A stretch of DNA of 64,000 bases from Woeseiaceae bacterium (GCA_028280615.1 JANQLK010000001.1:23793-87792), one strand, 5' to 3'. Shown: positions 19,884 to 31,302, counted from the stretch's first letter. Numbers and translations: made by a program. The notes: generated from the sequence alone by a model not told the origin.

Positions 19884-20579
19884 TCAGAACGGCACCTCGA
19901 CGCTCTTGCAGAGGAAACGCATCAGCGGATCGGCCGCGCGGAACGCAGTCTCGACGCGCCGCTTAAAACGCGGACTCCCGACCGCGGCGGGGTCGAGCGG
20001 CTTGACAGCGATGAAGCTCTTGCGTTTCAGGTCCTCGATACACTCGTGCGCCTTGTCGAACCCGCGCGGCGGCCGCGTCAGCGACTCGCCTTCGAGGCGG
20101 AAGTGCCGCCTGAAACCCGTATCGCCGACCGCACGCTTCCACTCGGCGGGCTTGGCCGCGATTCGCTCGCGGATCATTCGCAGGGGCTCGGACGCGGGCC
20201 GCCACATACCCGCGCCGAGAAAAACGTCGTCCGGCTCGATGTGGACGTAGTAGCCCGGCGCATGCACGTCCCTGGCGTCCTCGTGCCGGAACTGGATGCC
20301 GATATTGGTCTTGTACGGCAGCTTGTTTTTCGAGAATCGAGTGTCACGATACACGCGCATCAGCGAACCGCCGACGCGCGTCGGCAGTGCAACGAAACGC
20401 GGCGCGAACTCGCCGAGCGGCGCCTGCATCGCCTGGATGAACTCGAGCGCGACGTCGAGAACGTCGCTTTCGTAGCGCGATTTGTGCTCGGCGAACCACT
20501 CACGATTGTTGTTCGCTTCGAGCTCCTTGAGGAACTTCACCGTCCCCGGCCCGAAGCCCTGGAAGCGCACTTTGGTCAT
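19884..20579 (-). CDS. DUF2461 (TIGR02453)-like conserved protein
   Basis: 231-aa ORF. FLKELEANNNREWFAEHKSRYE and RVYRDTRFSKNKLPYKTN are typical of that family, from memory. Confidence 0.6.
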   Translation of the reverse strand: MTKVRFQGFGPGTVKFLKELEANNNREWFAEHKSRYESDVLDVALEFIQAMQAPLGEFAPRFVALPTRVGGSLMRVYRDTRFSKNKLPYKTNIGIQFRHEDARDVHAPGYYVHIEPDDVFLGAGMWRPASEPLRMIRERIAAKPAEWKRAVGDTGFRRHFRLEGESLTRPPRGFDKAHECIEDLKRKSFIAVKPLDPAAVGSPRFKRRVETAFRAADPLMRFLCKSVEVPF

Positions 20580-20583
20580 CGCC

Positions 20584-20746
20584 TAGTGTCCTGTTTGGTT
20601 AATTCGTTGACTGCAGTCGGCAGCGGACTTTCGTGTCCGGCAAGGCGCGGCGACGAGTAATAGCGAGCTATTGCGAGGAGCCGCAACGCCGCCGGGCGCG
20701 AAAAGACGCGGCGAATCAGTCAACGAATTAACCAAACAGGACACTA
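20584..20746. mobile_element. MITE-like non-autonomous element: perfect 30-bp terminal inverted repeats flanking about 103 bp of self-complementary sequence, with no coding capacity
   Basis: 20584-20613 tagtgtcctgtttggttaattcgttgactg is the exact reverse complement of 20717-20746 cagtcaacgaattaaccaaacaggacacta. The outermost TA on each side could be a TA target duplication. The arms are AT-richer than their surroundings. Confidence 0.6.
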
Positions 20747-21118
20747 CTGCCCGGCCTTGGGATTCGGATACATGTCGGATTCGTCTTCGCCCTCGCGAGG
20801 CGCGAGGCAGGTGAAGTCCTTCTCGACGAGGATGTCGAGCGTGCCGCCGTCGTCGAGCGGCTGCTCGGCATGGATCGACACCTGGTCGGAACCGGACCAT
20901 GCAAGTACGGTCGTCTCCGGAAGGCGCACGGTGATTGTCGATTCGGACAGGAAAGCCTGCGGCCGAATGTTCGCCGGACTGCTCTCCACGGCATAGGTCA
21001 GGTGCCGGCCACCCGGAAACGAGGTGCGGACGCTGACGACGCCTGAGGAACGAAGCTCACCGACCTCGCCCTGCATCAGGCGAAGGCGGATGGAGTTGTC
21101 GCGAATGCGCAGTTTCAC
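20744..21118 (-). CDS. Hypothetical protein (conserved-looking, function unknown)
   Basis: 124-aa ORF MKLRIRDNSIRLRLMQGEVGELRSSG with non-noise composition, co-directional with its neighbours. Its stop codon lies inside the right arm of the MITE-like repeat. Confidence 0.5.
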   Translation of the reverse strand: MKLRIRDNSIRLRLMQGEVGELRSSGVVSVRTSFPGGRHLTYAVESSPANIRPQAFLSESTITVRLPETTVLAWSGSDQVSIHAEQPLDDGGTLDILVEKDFTCLAPREGEDESDMYPNPKAGQ

Positions 21119-21195
21119 GGCGGGACCGGGTTCGTTGCTTGCGGCGGTGAATTAAAGCACGAATCGGGCAACGCGGCGATGCACGGCCAGCGCCG

Positions 21196-23499
21196 TCACT
21201 CGCGCCCCAGGTCCTCGCGGAGCGCCTCGAGATTCCGATCGTCCGGGAAGCTGGCCAGCAGCGTATCCGCGTACTCGATCGCGGCGTCGCGGTCGCCGGC
21301 GTCGCGCGCGATCGTTGCGAGCGCCCAGCCAATGTCGTAGCTGCCCGGGAATCGCCGCCAGGCGGCGTCCAGCCAAGCACGCGCCGAATCGCCCTGGCCC
21401 GTTGAATTCAGGCCGACGCCGGCCACGTAGGCGTAGCGCTCGTTGCCCGGCTCCAGTTCCGATGCCCGGATCAGGGCGTTGACTCCCGGGCCGGTATCGC
21501 CCGACCGGACGAGCAACAGCCCCAGCGCGTGGTGGAGTCCCGCCTCCTCGGGGTCGAGGTCGAGACCCTGTTCGAGAAGCGCCCGGCCGGCCGTATCGTC
21601 GCCGCGGGCCCGGAGCGCGTCGACGAGATTGGCGCGCGCCGGCGTGAAGCTCGGATTCAGCGCGAGCGCGTCCCGGTAGTGCGACTCGGCCTCGGCGGGC
21701 TTGCCCACGGCCATCGCAAAGTCGCCCAGGGCCGTTCGCGCCTCCGGCCGGTTGGCTGTGGCGCGTCTTGCGGCACGAAACTCGTCCGCCGCACTTTCGA
21801 AGTCGCTTAGCGCCTGCCCGCTCAGCATTCCGCGCACGTCGGCATAGGCCAGCGCGGCCTCGATCCGCACGGATCGCACGTTGTCGGCGAGCAGCTCGGT
21901 GCCGTTTTGAACGCGGTAGTCCGGCGGGAATCGGCCCAGTTGCCGGAGCGCCGCGATACGAACCAGCGGGTCCGGATCGGAGAGGCTCGAGACGATGAGG
22001 CCGACGTCGCGGCGTCCGAGCGGCGACGCCAGTTCCGCGATCGCCGTCGCACGCGCGATGCCCGGCGTGTCGGCGCTCGAGGCGACGGCGGTAAGCCGCT
22101 CGTTGGCGGCACCCCGCCGTGCCGCCTGAAGCGCCGAGGCGAACTCGGGGCGTTCGAACACCTCGGTCCCGTAGTGTTCGCGCATCGACGTGACGGCCCA
22201 TGCGGCCGTCCGGTCGACGTGGCAGGCGTTGCACGCGTTCGGCGTACCCAGGCTCACGCTCAGGTCGGGGCGCGGTACCCGGAAGCTGTGGTCGCGGCGA
22301 TCGTCGACGACCATGTAGGTGCGCGCAGGCATGTGGCAATCCACGCAGCCGGCCGCGCTAGCATCGTGGCCCGCGTGCGCGGGCGCGGCGAACCGGTCCG
22401 GCGCATGACAGGCCGAGCAGACCGCATTCGGATCGGCGCCCGCCGACAGCCGCGCGGCGTGAGGATCGTGACAGTCGGTACAGGTCACGCCCGCCTGGTA
22501 CATGCGGCTCTGCAGAAACGAGCCGTAGACGTAGACCTCGTCCTTGATCTGACCGTCGTCGAAGTACAGTCCCTCCTCGAGCAGCGCGGGCAGATGCGTG
22601 TCCGCGAGCCGTTTGCCGTGTTGGTAGCCGGCGCTGTTATAGCCGCGACGGGCGTGGCAGCGGCCGCAGGTCTCGGGCTGTTGCGGCACGCGCATCGCGA
22701 GTTCGCTGCGCTCGGCGATGCCGGTCTCGGGATTCATGATCCAGCGCGCACGCCCGCGATCATCGAGATCGACGACTAGTCCTGAGCGACTGTCGGCGAA
22801 CTCGTCCGCCCCGGCCTGCCGCACATGCTCGGACCCCGGGCCATGGCAGGCTTCGCAGCCGACCGACAGCTCGTCATAGCTCGTATTGAACGCGTCGGCC
22901 CCGGGATCGTAGTTGAGTTCGACGTTCGTCGAATGGCACTCGGCGCACATGTAGTTCCAGTTTTGCGCCGGACCGGTCCAGTAAAGCTCGTCACGCGGGC
23001 CGATGTACTCATCCGGGTACAGGTGAAACCAGCGCTGTCCGCCTTCCGATTCCGAACGCGTGTCCCACGCGAACGGCAGGGCCTGCAGGCGACCGCCCGG
23101 AAACTCCACGAGATACTGTTCGAGCGGCTCGACGCCGAACACCCATCGGACGACGTAGCGCTCGGGTCGGCCGTCGGGACCGGTGGTTTCGACGACGAAC
23201 TCGTCGCCGTCGGTCAGGAACCGGCTGGACTCGCCAAAGTAGACGTAGCTGGCGTTCCGGAAATCGCCGCTGACCGTGGACGGGGTCGCGGCCTGCATGG
23301 CGAGCTGGTGATGCGAGCCGAGCCAGCGATCATGCTCGGAGGTGTGGCAGGAGGCGCAGGCCGCGCTGCCTGCGTACTCGGCCGAGCGGCTTGTGGACGC
23401 GAATCGGGTGCCCGGCTCCGGCCGCTCCGCGCATGCGCCGAGCAACGCTATCAACGCGGGCCATACCCACCGCCACGAGTTGCCGCCGCCCGTCGGCAA
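21196..23499 (-). CDS. Octaheme c-type cytochrome lipoprotein fused to a C-terminal HEAT/TPR-repeat region
   Basis: 767-aa ORF. Lipobox ALLGAC. Eight CxxCH motifs (CASCH, CAECH, CEACH, CGRCH, CTDCH, CSACH, CVDCH, CNACH) lie in the first about 440 aa, followed by TPR-like repeats. Confidence 0.85.
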   Translation of the reverse strand: MPTGGGNSWRWVWPALIALLGACAERPEPGTRFASTSRSAEYAGSAACASCHTSEHDRWLGSHHQLAMQAATPSTVSGDFRNASYVYFGESSRFLTDGDEFVVETTGPDGRPERYVVRWVFGVEPLEQYLVEFPGGRLQALPFAWDTRSESEGGQRWFHLYPDEYIGPRDELYWTGPAQNWNYMCAECHSTNVELNYDPGADAFNTSYDELSVGCEACHGPGSEHVRQAGADEFADSRSGLVVDLDDRGRARWIMNPETGIAERSELAMRVPQQPETCGRCHARRGYNSAGYQHGKRLADTHLPALLEEGLYFDDGQIKDEVYVYGSFLQSRMYQAGVTCTDCHDPHAARLSAGADPNAVCSACHAPDRFAAPAHAGHDASAAGCVDCHMPARTYMVVDDRRDHSFRVPRPDLSVSLGTPNACNACHVDRTAAWAVTSMREHYGTEVFERPEFASALQAARRGAANERLTAVASSADTPGIARATAIAELASPLGRRDVGLIVSSLSDPDPLVRIAALRQLGRFPPDYRVQNGTELLADNVRSVRIEAALAYADVRGMLSGQALSDFESAADEFRAARRATANRPEARTALGDFAMAVGKPAEAESHYRDALALNPSFTPARANLVDALRARGDDTAGRALLEQGLDLDPEEAGLHHALGLLLVRSGDTGPGVNALIRASELEPGNERYAYVAGVGLNSTGQGDSARAWLDAAWRRFPGSYDIGWALATIARDAGDRDAAIEYADTLLASFPDDRNLEALREDLGRE

Positions 23500-23506
23500 G
23501 CTCTCG

Positions 23507-23719
23507 CTATTCCGCGATGACGTTCTCCGCCTGCGGGCCCTTCTGGCCCTGGGTAACTTCCATCGTTACCTTTTGTCCTTCTTTCAAGGTTTTGAATCCT
23601 TCCATCACGATCGCGCTGTGATGAACGAAAACGTCTTTGCCGTCCTCACGCTCAATGAACCCGAACCCTTTGTCGTCATTGAACCACTTGACGGTTCCCG
23701 AAATGCGTTGCTCTGACAT
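23507..23719 (-). CDS. Cold-shock protein (CspA family, CSD)
   Basis: [37 protein letters not shown] carries RNP1 KGFGFI and RNP2 VFVHH. I place the start at the internal ATG 23719, giving 70 aa. Confidence 0.93.
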   Translation of the reverse strand: MSEQRISGTVKWFNDDKGFGFIEREDGKDVFVHHSAIVMEGFKTLKEGQKVTMEVTQGQKGPQAENVIAE

Positions 23720-23948
23720 GTTTACCTCAAACTGACGCTGACAACCGCTGACTTGAGCCGTTTTAGGGCTTCGTTTCGCGGCCCTCTTCATCCTACCACC
23801 GGAATTCCGGGGTCTTAAGGCGCGCCGGCCTGCCGAGGACCTTGGCGACAAGTTGCGAATGGAATTACATCGGCAATTTTAGGAGCTTAGCGCGATTGGC
23901 ACGCCGGCGGTGCGGCCAGCGAACGCCCGCCTCGGCCGTGCAGCGTGG

Positions 23949-25121
23949 TCAAATCTGCGCAAATCGGGCTGTTTGACGATGCCGCAAATGGCGTCGGCCG
24001 AGCCTCGCCGCGCTGTTGCAGCCAAGCAGCGCCATCGTTCGTTCGAATTCTTCCCTGAGTATGTCGAGCGCCCGACCGACACCGGCCTCGCCTCCCGCAG
24101 CAAGTCCCCACAGGTACGCGCGGCCCACGCTGACGGCGTCGGCGCCCGCCGCGAGTGCCTTGACGATATGGTTGCCGCGCCGAATTCCGCCGTCGCAGAT
24201 GATCTCGAGGCGATCGCCGAGCGCATCGGCGACATCGGCCACGCAGTCGATCGGCGCCGGCGCCGACTCGAGCTGGCGGCCGCCATGATTCGACAGCATG
24301 ACCGCCGTCGCGCCGGCATCGGCAGCCTTGCGGCAGTCGTCGACGGTTTGCACGCCTTTGATGACCAGCGGGCCGTCCCAGCGCGAACGCAGCCACTCGA
24401 CGTCGCCCCAGGTCAGCGAGCGTTCGAGTTCCCTGTCGATGAAGTCGCGAATACTGCCTTCGATTGACTGTGCCGCCACATCGCTGCGCGTGATGTTGAC
24501 CATCTCGAGGTCCTTGCGGACCAGCGCGCGATACAGCCACCCGGGGTGCCGCATGAAGCTCGCGGCCTGTTGGAGTCGCGATTTCGGGCTCGCCGAAAAA
24601 CCGTAGACGAAGTCGCGCTCGCGATTGCCGGCGACGGGCGTGTCGACGGTCAGGGCAAGCGCAACGTAGCCGGCCGCTTTGCAGCGTTCGATGAATTCCT
24701 CGGTCAACGCGCGATCGCGGAACACGTAGAGCTGGTAGAGCTTTGGGCCAGGCGATGCCTCTGCGGCCGCCTCGATCGTCGTCGTGCCCAGGGTGGACAG
24801 GCTATAGACCATGCCGTGGCGAGCGGCGGCTCTTGCCACGCCCGGTTCGCCGTCGGCGTGAAACAGGCGCGAGCCGCCGGTCGGCGAAATCATGACGGGC
24901 CAGTCGACCGGCTGGCCGAACAGCGTGCTCGCGGTGTCGATTCGCTCGACATTCGATAGCTGCGTGGGCAGCAGCTCGTAGTCGTCGAACGCGCGGGTAT
25001 TGCGCCTGAGCGTCAGCTCGTCGTCGGCACCGCCGTCGATGTAGTGGAAGACGGCTGCCGGCAGGCGCCGCCTCGCGAGCGTGCGCAGATCTTCGATGTT
25101 GTGCGCTTTGCTGACCCCCAT
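23949..25121 (-). CDS. FMN-dependent alpha-hydroxy-acid dehydrogenase/oxidase (LldD / glycolate oxidase family)
   Basis: 390-aa ORF with LPAAVFHYIDGGADDE, SNHGGRQLE and GGIRRGNHIVKALAAGADAV. Confidence 0.85.
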   Translation of the reverse strand: MGVSKAHNIEDLRTLARRRLPAAVFHYIDGGADDELTLRRNTRAFDDYELLPTQLSNVERIDTASTLFGQPVDWPVMISPTGGSRLFHADGEPGVARAAARHGMVYSLSTLGTTTIEAAAEASPGPKLYQLYVFRDRALTEEFIERCKAAGYVALALTVDTPVAGNRERDFVYGFSASPKSRLQQAASFMRHPGWLYRALVRKDLEMVNITRSDVAAQSIEGSIRDFIDRELERSLTWGDVEWLRSRWDGPLVIKGVQTVDDCRKAADAGATAVMLSNHGGRQLESAPAPIDCVADVADALGDRLEIICDGGIRRGNHIVKALAAGADAVSVGRAYLWGLAAGGEAGVGRALDILREEFERTMALLGCNSAARLGRRHLRHRQTARFAQI

Positions 25122-25212
25122 GCCGGGGACACTAGCATGAATCGCAAATTCGCCCGTGCTTGACTACAATAGCGCCAGCGGCATTCGCCGCCCTGACGAC
25201 TCCGGATGTTTC

Positions 25213-26292
25213 ATGCGTTCTACTGACAATCGACGTCGCGATCACGCGGTCGCGATCTGGCTGTTCCTGTGCTGCGGCCTCGTTTTCGCGATGGTCGTGC
25301 TCGGCGGATTCACGCGCCTCTCCGGCTCCGGCCTGTCGATGGCCGAATGGCGGCCCATCATGGGCAGCATCCCGCCGCTCAGCGAGGCCGAGTGGCAACG
25401 TGTCTTCGACATCTACAGGCAGACGCCCGAGTTCGTCAAGGTCAACGCGCACTTCGACGTCGAGGATTTCAAGGGCATATTCTGGCTCGAGTACCTGCAC
25501 CGCCTGCTGGGCCGTTTCATCGGCTTCGCATTCGCGCTGCCGCTTGCCTGGTTCGCGATCAAGGACCACATCACGCTGAGGCAGCTGCCGTGGTACCTGC
25601 TCCTGCTCGCGCTGGGCGGCGCGCAGGCCTTTATCGGCAAGATCATGGTCGCGAGCGGCCAGGTCGACGCGCCCGCGGTGAGTCATTATCGGCTGACCGC
25701 GCACCTGGCCGCGGCCTTTCTCGTCTACGCGCTCATGTTCTGGACCGCGATGAATCGCCTGCACGGCCCGCCGCAAGCACCTTCGCACCCGGCGGCCGGG
25801 CGATCGGCGATGCTGACCGGCCTGATCGGTGTAACGATCCTGTCAGGCGGCTTCGTCGCGGGACTCAAGGCCGGCAAGATCTACAATACGTTTCCCAAAA
25901 TGGGCGAGACCTGGCTGCCATCCGGCCTGAACGCGCTGACGCCCGCCTGGCGAAACCTGTTCGACAACCCGGCGACCGTGCAGTTTGATCACCGGCTGCT
26001 CGCGCTCGCGACGTTCACGCTCATCTTGCTGTTCGGGCTGGCGCTTTGGCGACGGGCGCTCGATCCGCGCGCACGGCGCGCCACGTTCTTCGTCATGTCG
26101 ACAGTGCTGCTGCAGGTGACGCTCGGTGTACTGACGCTCGTGCTGAACGTACCGGTCCTGCTCGCCGTTCTGCATCAGGCCACGGGGCTTCTGTTGCTGA
26201 CCTCGGCGCTGTACCTGACACACGCGCTCAGACATACGGCCGCCGAATCCGCGCCCGTCAGCGCGGGCGCCGCCGATCCCGCGGCCCAATAG
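25213..26292 (+). CDS. ctaA: Heme A synthase (COX15/CtaA)
   Basis: LGGFTRLSGSGLSMAEWRPIMGSIPPLSEAEW plus multiple TM helices with conserved His (HRLLG, HLAAAF, DHRLLA, HQATG). The start is either ATG 25213 or GTG 25156. Confidence 0.85.
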   Translation: MRSTDNRRRDHAVAIWLFLCCGLVFAMVVLGGFTRLSGSGLSMAEWRPIMGSIPPLSEAEWQRVFDIYRQTPEFVKVNAHFDVEDFKGIFWLEYLHRLLGRFIGFAFALPLAWFAIKDHITLRQLPWYLLLLALGGAQAFIGKIMVASGQVDAPAVSHYRLTAHLAAAFLVYALMFWTAMNRLHGPPQAPSHPAAGRSAMLTGLIGVTILSGGFVAGLKAGKIYNTFPKMGETWLPSGLNALTPAWRNLFDNPATVQFDHRLLALATFTLILLFGLALWRRALDPRARRATFFVMSTVLLQVTLGVLTLVLNVPVLLAVLHQATGLLLLTSALYLTHALRHTAAESAPVSAGAADPAAQ

Positions 26293-26339
26293 GGGCAAAT
26301 ACCGATGTGACCGCCCGTCGCCCTGGGTGAGGATGCGGT

Positions 26340-27746
26340 ATGGATACTCATGCGACTCCGGGCGAGCCTGGACGCGTCCGCTTCGAGCCGGAACTCATCC
26401 GGCAGTACGGCGGCCGCGGGCCACGTTACACGTCCTACCCGACCGCGCTGCAATTCAGTGAATCTTTCACGGCCGACACCTACAGGGAAAACGCCTCGGC
26501 GAGCAACGCCACGGCGCTGCCGCTGTCCTTGTACATCCATATTCCGTTCTGCCACGCGCTCTGCTACTACTGCGGCTGCAACAAGATCGTCACGCGCAAC
26601 GCGGCGCGCGTCGAGCGCTATCTCGCCTGCCTGAATCGCGAAATCGAGCTGCAGGCCGAACTGTTCGACAAGGCGCGCGACATCGAGCAGCTGCACTTCG
26701 GCGGCGGCACGCCGACCTATCTCGACAGCGAGCAGCTGACGGCGCTGATGCAAAAACTGGACGATGAGTTCGGACTCGACCGGACCGAGCGGCACGAGTT
26801 TTCGATCGAGGTTGACCCACGCACGGTGGACGCAGATCGGATTCGGGAGCTTGCCGACCTGGGCTTCAATCGCCTGAGCCTCGGTATCCAGGATTTCAAC
26901 CCGGGCGTCCAGGAGGCCATCAATCGAATCCAGACCGTGACCGACGTGCAGGCCATCGTCGATGCGGCGCGGCGTTCCGGCTTTCGATCGATTTCCTTCG
27001 ACCTGATCTACGGCCTGCCCCGGCAGAGCGCTGCAAGTTTCGAGAACACGCTGGCCGTGGTCAACGGCATGCGGCCTGACCGTCTCGCGGTGTACAACTA
27101 CGCCCACCTGCCGTCGCGATTCAAGGGCCAGCGCATGATCGATGCGGATGAGATCCCGACCCCGGACAGCAAGCTCGCGATCCTGCACTCGAGCATCGAC
27201 CGCCTCTGCGAGAGCGGCTACGAGTACGTCGGCATGGACCACTTCGCGCTGCCCGAAGACGACCTCGTCGTGGCGCGCAACAACGGCACGCTGCAGCGCA
27301 ACTTCCAGGGCTACTCGACCCACAGGCACACGGATCTCGTGGGACTCGGCGTCAGCTCGATCGGCAGCATCGGCCGGGTGTTCACGCAAAACGCGCTGAC
27401 GACAATGCAGTACGAAGCGATGCTCGAACGCGACCGGCTGCCGGTCGCGAAAGGGCTCGTCGTCGACGATGACGACCACATCCGGGGCGAAGTGATCCAG
27501 GAACTGATGTGCTACGACGGCGTGTCCTTCGACGCGTTCGACAGCGGCTTCGGCATCCGCTTCGAAGACTACTTCGGCGAGGAACTCGCGCGGCTTCAGC
27601 CCATGATCGACGACGGGCTCGTGGAGCGCGGTGCGCGATCGATATCGATCACGCCGCGCGGCCGGCTGCTGATCCGCAGCGTCGCGATGGCGTTCGATCG
27701 CTACCTGAACCAGACGGCGCCCGAAAACTACTCCAAGGCTATCTGA
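26340..27746 (+). CDS. hemN: Oxygen-independent coproporphyrinogen III oxidase (radical SAM)
   Basis: 468-aa ORF with RYTSYPTA, the radical-SAM motif HIPFCHALCYYCGCN, and HFGGGTPT. Confidence 0.92.
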   Translation: MDTHATPGEPGRVRFEPELIRQYGGRGPRYTSYPTALQFSESFTADTYRENASASNATALPLSLYIHIPFCHALCYYCGCNKIVTRNAARVERYLACLNREIELQAELFDKARDIEQLHFGGGTPTYLDSEQLTALMQKLDDEFGLDRTERHEFSIEVDPRTVDADRIRELADLGFNRLSLGIQDFNPGVQEAINRIQTVTDVQAIVDAARRSGFRSISFDLIYGLPRQSAASFENTLAVVNGMRPDRLAVYNYAHLPSRFKGQRMIDADEIPTPDSKLAILHSSIDRLCESGYEYVGMDHFALPEDDLVVARNNGTLQRNFQGYSTHRHTDLVGLGVSSIGSIGRVFTQNALTTMQYEAMLERDRLPVAKGLVVDDDDHIRGEVIQELMCYDGVSFDAFDSGFGIRFEDYFGEELARLQPMIDDGLVERGARSISITPRGRLLIRSVAMAFDRYLNQTAPENYSKAI

Positions 27747-27770
27747 AGAAACAGGGACTTCGGCGGGCCG

Positions 27771-28760
27771 TCAGACCTTTGTCAGCCAGCCGTGGCTGTC
27801 GTCCGCCTGACCGTACTGGACCGCCTGCAGCGCCTTGCGCAGCCTGTCGACGTTGGGCCCGGCAGCTGCATCGCGAACCGGTAGCTCCCTGCCCTCGTAC
27901 ACGAGCGTGCCGACCGGCGTCAGTGTCGCCGCCGTGCCAGACAACGCGGCTTCATAGCTCTCGACCCAGTCGAGCAGCTCGGTGACCGTGAACGTCCGCT
28001 CGTTGACGGTATAGCCCTGATCCGCCGCGAGCGTGAGAATCGACGCGCGGGTCATGCCGTGCAGAAACGACGTGTCGAGCGGCTTGGTGATGACCTCGTC
28101 GTCGTTGAGCAACAGGAAGTTTGCCGCGCCGGTTTCCTGCACGTCGCCGTTCGGGCAGAACAGCACCTGGTCGACGCCAAACTCGGCCTTGGCGTCGAGC
28201 GTCGGGCCCAGCGCGGCGGCGTAGTTGCCGCCCGTCTTGGTGCTGCCGAGCTGCTCCGTGGACCGCGAGCGCCGGTCTTCGACGAGCAGCTTGAGCGGCC
28301 GCACACCGCCCGCGAAGTAATCGCCGACGGGGGAGGCAAGGACGAACAGCGTCGCCTCGGTCGACGGTGACGCGGCCGCACCGATGTTGGGCAGCGTACC
28401 GATCAGCGTCGGCCGCAGGTACAGCGAACTCGGCGGCGCGGGAATCGCGTCGACGTGGGCGCGAACCAGGTCAATGACCATGTTCGCGAGCAGGTCGGTT
28501 TCCGGAACCGGCAGGCGCAGCGACTTTGCACTCTTTTGCATGCGCGCGACGTGGTCGTAGAGCCTGAAGATCCGCGCCGAGCCGTCCGCCCAGCGGTACG
28601 CTTTGAAGCCCTCGAAGCAGGTGCTTGCGTAGTGCAGCACGTGCGAGGCAGGGTGCATCGGCAGCGGCGCCAGCGGCTCGATCGCGGCCGGCCGCCACTG
28701 GCCGTCTTCGTACCTGGCGATGGCGAAGGTGTCACAAAACTCGGTGCCGAACTGACTCAT
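27771..28760 (-). CDS. ilvE: Branched-chain amino acid aminotransferase (class IV PLP enzyme)
   Basis: 329-aa ORF with HYASTCFEGFKAYR, LYLRPTLIG, TKTGGNYAA and FLHGMTR. Confidence 0.85.
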   Translation of the reverse strand: MSQFGTEFCDTFAIARYEDGQWRPAAIEPLAPLPMHPASHVLHYASTCFEGFKAYRWADGSARIFRLYDHVARMQKSAKSLRLPVPETDLLANMVIDLVRAHVDAIPAPPSSLYLRPTLIGTLPNIGAAASPSTEATLFVLASPVGDYFAGGVRPLKLLVEDRRSRSTEQLGSTKTGGNYAAALGPTLDAKAEFGVDQVLFCPNGDVQETGAANFLLLNDDEVITKPLDTSFLHGMTRASILTLAADQGYTVNERTFTVTELLDWVESYEAALSGTAATLTPVGTLVYEGRELPVRDAAAGPNVDRLRKALQAVQYGQADDSHGWLTKV

Positions 28761-28930
28761 GACTGCCCTGATCTTTTAGCGTCTCTTTCGCGGGGCCGTA
28801 ACTGTGCCACTAAGTTCCGGAGAGATACATACCCCGCGTGCGGTAGGCCTGGGCCGGCCGCCGCCGCCTGTCATTCGCGCCGCGGACTGCGGTAGTATCG
28901 TCGATCCGTTGAGACCGCCCGGAGAGCTCG

Positions 28931-29821
28931 ATGCGACAGGCAAACTTCGCCGTGCTGGCCCTATCCTCACTGCTCGCTTTGACGACCGCGATCCGCGCGC
29001 AGGAAGCCGAGATTACCTTCAAGTCAACCGAGCTCAGTCCCGGCTTCTTCATGATCGAAGCCGAAGGCGGCTTCGGCGGCGGCAACATGGCCGTACTGGT
29101 CGGCGACGAAATTGTCGCGATGATCGACAACGGCATAGTCCCCTTGAGCGACAAGTTGTTCGCGCACGCCCTCGAGACGACGGGCCGGCCGGTTGACGTG
29201 CTCGTCAACACCCACGTGCATGGCGACCACACGGGCGCCAACGTCAACTTTCGCGAGGCCGGAACCGTAATCTTCGCGCATGACAACATTCGCAAGCGAC
29301 TGCTGGCCGACGACTCGCCGACGGGCGGCCCGGGCGGCCTGCCCGACGTCACCTACGCCGAGGGCGTCAATTTCCATGTGGGCGACATCGAGGGACGCAT
29401 CCGGCACGTGCCGCTCGCGCATACCGACGGCGACTCCTGGGTGCACTTCCCGGCAATCAACATCATTCACGCGGGCGACGTGCTGTTCCACTCGCTGTTC
29501 CCGTACATCGACATCGACAACGGCGGAACGGTCGGCGGCTACCTGGCGGCGCAGCGCGAGATTCTCGCCGTCGCCGATGACGACACGCAGATCATTCCCG
29601 GTCACGGGATGCTGACCGACAAGGCCGGCATGCAGGCCGACCACGACATGCTGGCCAGGAGCTACGAGCGCGTGAGGCAGATGGTCGCCGATGGCATGGA
29701 TGCGGACGAGATCGTCGCGGCCGATCCGCTGGCCGAGTACGTCGCCGACTTCGACTGGAATTTCATCAGCGCCGAACGTCTGATTCGCACGATCTACCGC
29801 GATCTCGGCGCGAATAATTAG
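28931..29821 (+). CDS. Secreted MBL-fold metallo-hydrolase
   Basis: 296-aa ORF with a signal peptide (MRQANFAVLALSSLLALTTAIRA) and the HxHxDH motif NTHVHGDHTG. Confidence 0.8.
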   Translation: MRQANFAVLALSSLLALTTAIRAQEAEITFKSTELSPGFFMIEAEGGFGGGNMAVLVGDEIVAMIDNGIVPLSDKLFAHALETTGRPVDVLVNTHVHGDHTGANVNFREAGTVIFAHDNIRKRLLADDSPTGGPGGLPDVTYAEGVNFHVGDIEGRIRHVPLAHTDGDSWVHFPAINIIHAGDVLFHSLFPYIDIDNGGTVGGYLAAQREILAVADDDTQIIPGHGMLTDKAGMQADHDMLARSYERVRQMVADGMDADEIVAADPLAEYVADFDWNFISAERLIRTIYRDLGANN

Positions 29822-29840
29822 GGACTGCAAGGAGTACGCC

Positions 29841-31271
<1,431 letters not shown>

Positions 31272-31302
31272 AGGTCAGCAACGTCGTTCGGCACTCAGGC
31301 GC

